A stretch of 64,000 bases of DNA, taken from Mizuhopecten yessoensis. Taxonomy: Eukaryota. The stretch lies in contig NW_018407082.1 in the NCBI RefSeq assembly GCF_002113885.1, positions 762,490-826,489 on the forward strand. Direction: 5' to 3'. Shown here piece after piece: positions 12,801-24,800 of the stretch (its first letter is position 1; the number at the start of each line of letters is the position of its first letter). A model generated the notes under the pieces. The model saw only the letters and a program-made list of their open reading frames with translations, was not told the DNA's origin and searched no databases. The position numbers and the translations under genes are program-made.

Positions 12801-15800
12801 TCAAAACAGAGGAGGTAACTTCGCCAACAGACATGGATGAGATCATATCGAACAGGAGGAGCAGAAGCTTGAAGAAGAAACGGCCGTCAAACATGCAGGT
12901 GCATCAGGTTAAAGTTTACGAGGGGTCTCTTCCTGTCGTACCGGACAAGGGAAAGACAGAAGTCAAATCTCCTGTGAGCGAGGGCAACAGTCCAGTCAGT
13001 CCAGTTAGTGGCGGGGGAAGTCCCTGTAGTGACACTTCCAGCCTGGGCAGTGTGGCAGGCAGCCCTGTTACTCCGGGGAGTGGTGTGGGCAGTCCTGTGA
13101 GTCCAGGTAGTCGAGGGGCCAGTCCCATCAGCCCAGGTAGTCGAGGGGCCAGTCCTATCAGCCCAGGTAGTCTACAACAGAGGATAGGCAGTCGTTCACC
13201 CTCAGGAAAGCGGGGATACCAGAGCCGATCCCCATCAGGTAAACGTACACCATCCCGAACGTCCAATGACAGGTCGCCATCTTGTAACCGGCGGATGGAG
13301 ATTGTCAATTATCACCGGCTGCCCCATAGAGATAGCTTCTCAAGCGTAGACGATACCACAAGTCCCACATTTGAGAAAGACATATTAAAACAGATTCAAA
13401 ATAAAGAAAACATCAAAGAAAATGATTCTGCATTTTCAGAATGTAACGGAGAGGTTATCAAAGATGGGACTACACTGCCCCCTCCACTTTCTGTAGCTAA
13501 GGTGCCACTGTCAAGTCATCAAGCTAGCGAGGATAATAAATCTAATAATAATCTAGAAATGGTGGAAGACATCACAGTTGTCCAAAATAAGCTTAACGAC
13601 AACCTGGAGAAGCGTCTCTCTGAGGACAAACTCGCTAGAAAGGAAGCAACAGGGTTGCCAACAGATTCAAAGATGTATGGCCTTCCTCAACATATAACAC
13701 AGCAAGTTCAGCATTCTTATAAGGCTACCAGTGATAACCCTAAAATGGCTAAGGCCAATAACCCTTCAGTAGTAAATGCGTGTCAATCTGGAGATGATCC
13801 AAAAAATGTCAGGTCCAGTAACCCTACGCCAGTCAGCTGTCAACCAGGAGAGAGGGGTAAACCTGGGGTATATATAAGTAGACCTGAACCTTCCAAAGTG
13901 GGTAGTGTACAAACCGCTGTCAACAAGACTTCAGCTTTCCATATGAAAAATCCTGATAAAAAAGCTAAGGAACCCTTTAGTCCTGTATATAGACCGACTT
14001 TTAGTTTGAAGCAGAGTAAAGACTCTGCTCTTTCTGCTCCAAAACAAGAAGAAACACAACCAAAAATCACAACAAAGAAATTAAACACCGACGGAAAAGA
14101 TAATACCTCGGTTCGCACTAAACCAGCTTTACCATGTCGAAAGCCTGCTTTACCAGGTAAAAAGCCAGAAATAATGAGCAAGAAACCAGCTCTACCAGGA
14201 AAAAGACAAGATCAACAAACTAAAAGGACGAATGCATCAAGAAAAGCTGATCAGGTGAGTTTGGATTTTTCATCCCCAGCGGCAGATTTTATATTATCAG
14301 AAACAGACTATGCAAGTAAACCCAATCGGAACAGCATTACATTTTCTACTTTTAAACCCCCAGACTCCAACTCAACATCGCCACGGCCACTCAGCCTAGT
14401 CAGTGTTGATGAGAATGAGGAGGAACCATCAATTTCACTTGCAGCCGACAAGGATCCTACGGTAAGGCTTAATCAGACTTTCCACGCACATCCTCCAGAG
14501 AATGTGTTCCGCCCAAGTCCAAAGCCAAAGCTGAAACTGGGGCGACACCCGAGCGATCAGGGCATTGAAGGTTCAAAGGTCAATGAGCCACGAAAGTTCC
14601 ACAAAGAACGTGGCTACATGTACAGTTTTGAGAGCGTCAATGATCCCCCTAGTGCTCAGATGTTTTTGAGTGGATCAACAGATACGGACGTCCAAGGAAG
14701 TCCAGAGAGTGTGGAGTCGGTGGATATGCTGGAACCTCTGGAAAACCTGGAGGAAAATATCTCTGATGGGTCAGAATCTTCGGTATCCGAAGGGAGCAAC
14801 TCAGAGTTTGGGGATGACAGTGAACACGAATGTGACAGTAGTGATAACGATGATGCTGAAAGACATAAAGAATTCTTACAATTTGCCAAAAGTTTAGCTG
14901 ACTCTGGCAAAGAAATCACAGTTGATTCTGGTGTTGGTATCGAGTTATCTGACTCTGGTATTAAGGATAATTCCCCGTTAGATCCTCTGGATCAGCTAGA
15001 GACTTTGGAAGGGTCGGTTTACGAGGATGAGAATCAAAACTTACCTCCACGCAATGACAATAATGGAAAAAGGCATTACACTAACACAACGTTAAGTTCA
15101 AGTTCGGATGAATCTTACCATGAGAGGATTGTTCGGAACAAGCGGGTAAGCGTGGACCCCCTGGAGAGTCTTGAGAATCCCCATATAGCAGAGCTGGCAT
15201 CACTTAGTGGAGATTCATATAGCGATGAATGTGATTCCGACGATCACATGACCTCCAGACACAGACTTGGGGCCGCCATTCCAATCCTCACCATCAGTAC
15301 TGCATCAAGTCCAGACGACCCTCACAGGAGCCCCTCAAGTTCCCTTGACAACGAAATTAGCCAATCAAATCCTTCTTAGATATATGAATTGTACAGTATA
15401 TTATTTGTTACGACATGATTACTCTTCTTGTAATTAGCATATTATTGAAACATGATGGAGATACAATTTTGTATTATATTGATTTCATTTTTGACTGCAG
15501 ATTTTTTTGATTTTTTAAATGTTTTTAGTTTTTGCATGATCAGCACAATTTAAGCATGAGGCGCTAGAAGCATTATATTTATACATAAAAATATACTATG
15601 TATATGTACATTTACATACATTTCGTTTTTTAATTTATCTTGTTTTGTTGTGCATGATGAAAGGTGCAATTTGTTATATTTTGCTGAAGTAGGGTTTTTT
15701 CAGTCATTTTGATTTACGTTTGTTTATTTCAGTTTTATTTACAAATGGATGTCCAATTTTGTTTACATATTGTTGAACCTTTTTTGTTGATATTTTAGAG

Positions 15801-18800
15801 ATCCCTTTTACAGTATTAATTGATTCTTATGGAATTAGTCCATGTGTTTATAATATTTACGCCAAACTCTGTGATTTAGGAACTAAACCAATAGATCAGT
15901 TATACAGAACGAAGGGATGTGACAAGCACTGTAGCTACTTCAAGTCTGTCATATAATTCTGTTACATTATGACCCTTGCTACTAGCTCTTTTTTGATTTG
16001 CTACAGATTTTAAAAACTATAAAATACATATACAATGTAGCTATATATGATTTTAAACTAACAAATAATTTAACAAAGAATATCTGATACAGTGTGTATA
16101 TGAAAAGTAAAAGGAGCAGGAAAGGGCCGAGGTGATATTTAAGGAATTCAAGAGAAAACTATTTTATCTCTTAGTTTTTAAACCATTAATGAAGACGGAT
16201 TTATACAGATTGAAAGATGGATGTGATTTACTTATATTAAGTTCAGGGTAAACCTTCGGGTGTCTTGGTGATGATCCAGATGTATTGTTATAGTTCTAGT
16301 CAGCACAGCTGTTTGAATTGCTGTGGTATACTGATGATGCCTAGTCAGCCCAGTTGTTTGAATAGCTGTGGAATTTTGATGATTCTAGTCAGCCCAGCTG
16401 TACGGACAGTCATTGTATTTTGATGGTTCTAGTCAGCCCAGCTGTATTAACAGTCGTGGTATTTTGATGGTTCTAGTCAGCCCAGCTGTATAAACAGTCA
16501 TGGTATATTGATGACTCTAGTCAGCCCAGCTATATGGACAGCCATGGTATTTTGATGGTTCTAGTCAGCCCAGCGGTATGGACAGCTGTGGTATTTTGAT
16601 GGTTCTAGTCAGCCCAGCTGTATGGACAGCTGTGGTATTTTGATGGTTCTAGTCAGCCCAGCTGTATGAACAGTCGTGGTATTTTGATGGTTCTAGTCAG
16701 TCCAGCTGTATGGACAGCTGTTGTATTTTAATGGTTCTAGTCAGCCCAGCTGTATGGACAGCTGTAGTATTTCGATGGTTCTAGTCAGCCCAGCTGTAAG
16801 GACAGTCATGGTATTTTGATGGTTCTAGTCAGCCCAGCTGTATTAACAGTCATGGTATCTTGATGGTTCTAGTCAGCCCAGCTGTTTCTATGCAGCACAG
16901 CTGGCTAGAATTATCATAATTAACACAGCTGAAGAAAAAAGTTTGTGATAATAACAAACAATTTAAAAATGTACTTACAATGTCCTCTGGTCCATAATGT
17001 AAGGGTGTAATATGCCATGGTATAAGCTGTTTAATGAAATTTGGAAAAAAGCTTGATGTTAGGAATTTGCCAATTCTAAGTAAAAAGAGATAAAAATTAA
17101 GGAGTTTCCCCTGTACATACGAAAGGAACATTATAAAGTTTGTTCTGTTTATGTTTTGCATTTGGTTCCAATATATAGTTTTCTGTTGTTACCAACACCA
17201 TGATGAGATAGCATGTGATACTTTGTTGATATTCTATTGAACGTTTACATAGCTGTATAAATAGAAAACTTGACACTTGTGGACCGGCGTCCCTTCAAGG
17301 ATTTTGGTTGTATGCTCACTTATTACTGAATTGGATGGCCAGTGTTTCAACAAGACATTTAGATATATATATCCATCTTATAAACAAATAATTAGCAAAA
17401 GCCTTCTGGTCTATATTGCATAACCTTACTTGTAGAATTGAATCATTTAAGTAAAAGGTCATTACATTTTAATATTTCATTTTTTCAGTTCTTTTATTTA
17501 GTTTTATAAAAGCAAAAGTTGAAATTTTCAATTAATTTTGTTTTATAGAAACATTCATCTAGACTTTGCCAGATGACTAAGGTACAGAAATGTGTTGGAG
17601 TGCTATCTTCTACTTTATTTTTAATTTTTTGTAAGCTATTTCCACTTTTCCTGATATTCTTCTAATTTTCTTCAATTCTGTTCTATCAGGAAATCTAGAG
17701 AGTGTTGACAAGTCAACTTGAAAAATTAGGGTACTTTCAATACTTATGAATATTTACAAAACACATTTGATGAATGAATGTCTTTATGGATTAGTAGCTA
17801 AAAAGGAAAAATTGAATTGAATGCAGAAACTTTCAAAATTCTCAAAAACAAACAAGAAAACAATAAAGACACAGTTTTCAGTTAAATGGCATCTTGTGGT
17901 GATGGCATTGGATCCTGTCAGATCAGGAATAGAGTATTAGTTGTTGATAGGGGATGGGCGATTCTTTGTCTGTGTTAAGGTACTTTCACCAGTATAACCA
18001 TAATGCTAGAATATTAGAAAATTTATACTAAATGTGATGCCCTTGAATTGGTTGCCTTTCAAGTAACGTTATTGCGTGAGATTGATGTCCTGTGAATTTG
18101 CCCGGGGAACAAACAATCAAAGTTTCTACATACAGAACTGAAGCACTACACTAATTATCAATGTACCGGAGCTTTAGGGTTTTACTGGAAAAACTTAAAG
18201 ATATAGACTCTTAACTTCAGTGATTCAAAAAAGTTGTTCTGATGAAGATTCAGAAGTTTGCCAGACTGCCTGAGTGCTGGCAAAGTAGATTGAAACCTAT
18301 TTTAAGTTTCCGAAACAAAACCTGTAATTAATCACTTTGTACCTGATACCCTTATACCCAGACAACAGTCGCACCGTAACACATTACGTCTATCGGTTAT
18401 GAGTTTACGGAGCTTTTATCATCTTGTATGTATGGTTTATGGGAGATAATTTAATGTCTTCTTCGTTTGAAAAATTGCCAATGTAAAAATGGATTTATGG
18501 CTGATGGAATTGTCCGGTATTGTAAACCAGTTCATCCTGGTCCGAGGTTTCATGGTTTACTGCGTCGTTGAGGACAGCCATGTTTAATGAGGTTGTCTGG
18601 GTTACGTCTTGTCTGACACTTTCAATAATCAATCATAATAAAATCGGATTGGTTCATTTCATCAAAATTGCTATCATAATCGTTTAATCAACAAATATTA
18701 CTAGATTACAGAAGCATACAAGGAAGAGATGCATGTTTAATTATTATAAATCAATTTTATTGTTGTAATATGTCACGTATAATACATTAGCGTATACTGT

Positions 18801-21800
18801 GTTTGACCCAATCCCTGGACACTTAGCAATTTGGGAAAGAATGATCACAGAACTTTCTGAAATTCTCTGGAAAGGCCATACGATACACTATTTGCAAGTT
18901 AGTCCGTTAACTTTGGTGAAAGGGTGGTATGTTTGGATGCCAAAAATTGTGGACGGTACTTACGAAGGATAGGTCATTTATTAGTTCAAATACGATACAG
19001 GGTTTCCAAATAAAAACAATATCTGGAACTTTCCTAAACCTGAACTCTGAATTAAGTTGTCATACTTTGTAAACAGGATTTTTCTGGAGAAATCTTACAT
19101 TAAGGATGAAATGTCGAGATAAGCTGAAGTAGGTGCTCGTCACGAGAAATCACATTTCTCAACAGTTAGCAGTGAATCATTGTATTTGGTGATCCTTTGT
19201 CTTGAGTGATGTCCTAACTAGATAGATGTCCTTATTAGAGAGATGTCCTAACTAGATAGATGTCCTTATTAGAGAGATGTCCCAACTAGATAGATGTCCT
19301 TATTAGATAGATGTCCTAACTAGATAGATGTCCTTATTAGAGAGATGTCCTAACTAGATAGATGTCCTAACGGAGATATGTCCTAACTAGATAGATGTCC
19401 TAACTAGAGAGATGTCCTAACTAGATAGATGTCCTAACTAGAAAGGTGTCCTAACTAGATAGATGTCCTAACTAACTAGATAGATGTCCTAACTAGAGAG
19501 ATGTCCTAGCTAGAAAGATGTCCTAACTAGAGAGATGTCCTAACTAGAGAGATGTCCTAACTAGAGAGATGTCCTAACTAGATAGATGTCCTAACTAGAG
19601 AGATGTCCTAACTAGATAGATTTACAGTGGTTTACTATCTACAGTGTCTTGTATGCAAATGTGTCTTGAGAAATCATATCTCAATAGGTCAAATCATACT
19701 TCTATGTACCAATTTGGTACAGTTGTAATGTTGTGCAGAATTATTACAGCCTGTATCTTAATATTGTACTGAAAAGGTATCAAGTAATGTTGTACCAAAC
19801 TAATACAGGCCGTGTGTTAGTATTAGGTATGGTGGAACAGTGGAAAACATTTGATGCCATTTTTAACGTAAATGAATTATATTGGGTGGGAAACGTACAT
19901 TTCAGTAAGGAATTAACAAACAATATTTCACCTGTACTGAAATTTAAACTTGGCTGCTTTCATGCTTCTGTGAGCTGGAAAACTTTTTCTGCTGCAAACA
20001 TCTTTAGGATTTCAATCATTAATATACACTTACGTCAACTATGTAGGCTTTTTGCTTCGAAAACTTTCTCTTTCTTTGATCAATCCATCTGATCCTCTTT
20101 TTACTAGATGTTGCTTAACTATATATTTCTCCTGACTGGGTCTGATTTCAGAGTAATACAAGGTAAATCATTAATACTTTGGTTGAGGGTACCACTAGCA
20201 TGTGTATTCAGGTAGTGAAGCTCAGAACTGTATGTTGGGTCAAATGCTGGATTCCGCACCATGCATAAAGGGGAGAAACTCTGACATGAATGCCATGTAT
20301 AAAGGGGAGAAACTCTGACATGAATGCCATGTATAAAGGGGAGAAACTCTGACATGAATGCCATGTATAAACTTCTGAGAGAACAAAATTTATAGAATTC
20401 ACTTAATGTTGAAATTGATGGGAGGAGTATTTGACCACAATATATTGATGGAAGTTTTGTTTGTTTGTTTACAGTTTAAAAGTTGATTGATACTTTAAGG
20501 TCATTACACATTGAAATAATAATGGGGCTGGTGATCACAGAAGGAAAGTTCGAAAAAGATGGTAGACTCATTTAGGGACCTCTTTCACCATAGAATGGTT
20601 TTGTTGGGCCTATTCCAAACCCTCCATGGGGAATGGGAGGACTATAATTCCAATACAATAAGTCTGCAAAGCTTATTGACTACAAGAAATCTGCATGGCT
20701 TATTGACTCCAATAAGTCTGGATCGCTTGTTTGACTACAATACATTGGGACCCCAGTTGCTTGCTCTTTGTTTTATTGCGTCCATCACTGATTTATCTGT
20801 GTGCTCACTGAACGTTTGACTTCAAAGTTCTAGATTCTTGAAATTCTGAACCTATCTTTATTACTTTAAAAAAAAACAACTTATTTATTCATTTGTTCTG
20901 ACTCTGTTTCCTTGTTGAATATGGCAAATTTAGATGACATGATTTACAAGAATTAAGATAAGATTTTAAAAGTTCTTTCATTACTTACCAATCAATCATA
21001 TTTAACCATGGTATTTTAAGGATCCCTGTCCCACTGCAATGCTGTATTTCATATATACAGTATCCTCCATTTAACCCCTTCACCACTGTAGACCATAATG
21101 GACTCATCCAGATCAATGCATGGTAGAGTCTGCTAAAGTTACATAGGGGTGAAAGGGTTAACTTCTGTTTGGATATAAACTGTAGTACAAGTGGCCCAGG
21201 ACACTTCCGTTGATCAGGTAGCTCAGTTGGTTAGCGAGATAGTATAACAATCGCAAGTCCAGTGTTCAAACCCTGGTTTAGCCCTGGTGATTTTTTTCCA
21301 CTCAGAACACTGTTAATATTTATATTTTGTTCATTACATCTTTATTATTTCTCAAAAAATTCCCGCAAGGTATGATTTTCTCTCCAAAGAAACGATTTGT
21401 CAAAGCCATAGTCATGCTGGAAAAAAACTTTCCAAACTTAGTTAAAGATTTTGGCAGTGGTACAGGGATCCTTAACCCTTTCACCCCTAGGTAACTTGAG
21501 TAGATTCTACCATACATTCATCTGGATGAGTCCATTATGGTCTACAGTGGTGAAAGGGTTAACTGAGAGGAATATTTTGCGTGTATCGGGGATCTTATCT
21601 GTGTGCTGACTGAATGTTTGACTTCAAGTTATCAAAACCGTTTACTGCATTTGTATGATAAAGCAAGCTATGGAAATGATTTGCTGTGGTTAATTTTGTT
21701 GACCTTTTTGTACTGATGTGTGGTTTGTTTTTCGCCCAAAGCTTCCTGTCACAGTGGTAAGAATGGTTGTATGTTTTCTAGAATTCAAAATCTATCATCA

Positions 21801-24800
21801 CAAACAACACATGTGAATGTGTGAACAATGCTTAAATGCACATCTTTATCAATATCCTTCTCTTCCTGGCTGTTTACTTCATGTTATTGTACAATTAACC
21901 GAGTTATAGAAACTATTTACTGTATTTATTATAAAATATTGTTTGTTTTGTTAACTATGTACTGTATTCTACGATAATGTTAGTTACAGAAACTGTTTTT
22001 ATTTTTATTATAAAACCAGTTTCAGAAACAATGCACATACTATAAAGCAAGTTATGGAAAGTATACTTATAAGATAATACAAGTTACAGAAAATTCATTC
22101 AGGATAATGGAAGATCCAGAAACTTTTTATAAGGTTTAGTAAGATAACAAAAATTATAAGATAAAGTGAGGCACAGCCTCTACTTATACAGAACTTAGGT
22201 ACGGAATTTAGGTCCATAAGATAAAGATAGGTAAGAGAAAATCCTTCTATGGAGCGCAAACTACTTGATGCATTTATACAACTAAATTTAAATTGCATAC
22301 AATTAAACGTCCAGGATTGAAAAACACAAATGAAATTACAGCTTTTATGATAATAAATGGTTCTTGTTAAATGTGTATTGAAATATCACATATTTGTGTC
22401 AAGAGTGATTTTGAAAAGATTTCATGTATGGCAGTGGAGGTATGGTTTCAAGCAGGCTTTGATGCTGAAGTTGAAATTGGGGTTCTGTTTAAAAGTTTCA
22501 ACATGGAAGTGGAAGTAAGAGTTCTCCTTTCTGTGATGGGTGGATCGCTTGATGATAAGTTGTCTCCCCTTTAGAGGCTGGGTAAGGGGATTGTCTACCA
22601 CGGGATCACTGATGATAAGTTGTCTCCCCCTTAGAGGCTGGTTAAGGAGATTGGCTACCACGTGATCACTGGTGATAAGTTGTCTCTCCTTTAGAGGCTG
22701 GTACAGGAGATTGTCTACCACGTGATCACTGGTGATAAGTTGTCTCCCCTTTAAAGGCTGGTACAAGAGATTGTCTACCACGTGATCACTGATGATAAGT
22801 TGTCTCCCCTTTACGGTATCACTGTGAAGTTAGTTGTTAAGATTATATTTGTTGGAAATATTTCACCATGCAAGAGACATGTCTAGCAGAAGTGGAATTG
22901 CATTCAATTAAGATCTGCAGACATTTCAAACAAGTCAAATAGGCGTCAGATGGGTCAAACTTCCATGCCTAGAGTGCTTATTTCTATCATTACAAACTTC
23001 ATCACTGTATTAAAGTCACATTTCAATTTGAAGTAGAAATACTTCTTTGCTAAAGAATAAAACACTTGACAAAATGTTTAGAGCATAGCTGCATTATTTT
23101 ATTATGATTTTCAAATTGCATGTATCATTTTAGTATTCTTTTCAACCCTCCCAATTTTTGTTTGCATGTACAGTATCTGATATTTTGTTTACCTTATAAT
23201 TTACGTCGCAAAAGACGAAGTGATTTCAAATTTTCTAATAAATACTGGAAAATAATCAACTTCAAATAGGAAGTTTATGGCTAAAACATTCTGGCTAGCA
23301 TTTGGTGATTAAATCCCCATTTTTGAGTTAAATTTATTTTTTCTATTAGTTTTGGTTTTGTTCCCAATGACGTTAATTTCAGATTGTTATTATTTTGGTG
23401 ATTTCTCTTTGGTGATTCCCTTATAAATCCACTTATTCTTCAGCATTATTTTGTTTTCATTTGTTACCATCGCCTAACCCTGCCTCCCACGGCCAACCAA
23501 AAAACCACAAACAAACAAATCCCCCCCTGCCGTCTCATTTCATCAGCTGTGTATGGTATAAAACACCATCTTTATCCATATTTCCTTATTAAAATGTTCA
23601 ATTTCTTCATAATGTGCACCAAACTCAGAATTAAGTTTAATATTTCATCCACATAGAACGGGAAAATAAGGAAAGGGGGGGGGGGGGGTGTGTTCCCTCG
23701 TAAGTTTGAGCTTGTTCAGGTGAAATCTTTATACGCTTTTCTTCCTAGGAAACAGAATTGAATAGCATAGGAATAATACTTTTAAAAGTTACGATGATTA
23801 TCGGTGTTTGTCCTGTGGTGTTGCCATGTCTGTCCTGTCACGTCCATCCTCCATGCTATATTCGTCATTGTCATAAGCATTTTGGGCTTGAAACATGGAT
23901 CATTTGACAACCGTTACCATGGCAACCTTGATCTGTAATTTACAAGTGAAGAGAACCACTGTTGTGTGCTGGTGTAGATTTATAACATGTCTTTTGACTT
24001 TAAATGTCTTGCTGATCAGCCTCACTGTCATGTCAGATGTTTTTTTCTTCTCGTATCTTCTGTTGGAAAACATTTATGTTTTTTTGGGAGAATTATTCTC
24101 TTTCATGTTTTGATTAAATTTCATTGCCTTTTATGATTTCCTGTTGGCTTTCAATTTTATTTGTTCTTGTTGCAGTAAATCTTTAAGTCAGGTAAATGTT
24201 TTAGGTGACTGAGAACATCAAGCCCTTTCATTCATGAAAAATAGATCTGCACAAAAATATTATATTGATATAGACTTGACCTGTCTGTATTCTTACTGTT
24301 GAAATCAGCATGAATTGTGACTGTATTTCAAACACATAACCAAGGACTTATTTCTGTAACACTGAAGTATTATCATTTCCGTGTCGAATGAAAGGGCATA
24401 GAGTGATCTCCCTTTCAATCTTTTTGCTTTGCATTGGGGTCTACAGTGGCCCATCAGAAATATATCCAGAGCTTCCTCAATGTATTTGTAGCTCAAGCTT
24501 TTTGTTGATAACACTCTCTGTTCTTTGTTTACGAGATCAATTGGATTTAGGATTTTAAAATCAACTGAGGGTTGATGTGAGATAATTTTCATTATAAAAG
24601 TTTGTATGAATTGAAAATCAGAATTTTGTTTAAATGATAATAAGAATAGCAAATTGTCATTACTGCATTCAGCTTTTTATTGGTCAAGGAAGGATAACTC
24701 TGTTTTGTTTATACTCTGTGTTGGTAGCTTTTTGTTTTGCCGGAAGTAATTGGTTTTTTGCTTTTTAAAATAATGTTCATTATTTACGAGGAAATGTCTT

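Noticed and set aside
11230-14919. Antisense and alternate-frame ORFs overlapping the giant exon
   Set aside because: Expected shadows of a long, repetitive coding sequence
14921-14975. DSG motifs as beta-TrCP degrons
   Set aside because: DSGVGI and DSGIKDNS lack the second Ser/Thr at the canonical spacing
11327-15379. 1350-aa ORF as an independent single-exon gene or transposon ORF
   Set aside because: Its listed start is a GTG inside a frame already open from the FARP acceptor at 11137, and no transposase or reverse transcriptase motifs are visible
21210-21290. Functional tRNA gene
   Set aside because: A and B boxes are present but acceptor and anticodon stems are not convincing, and it is embedded in a transposon copy. 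The same applies to 545-620, 42200-42275 and 49843-49915.
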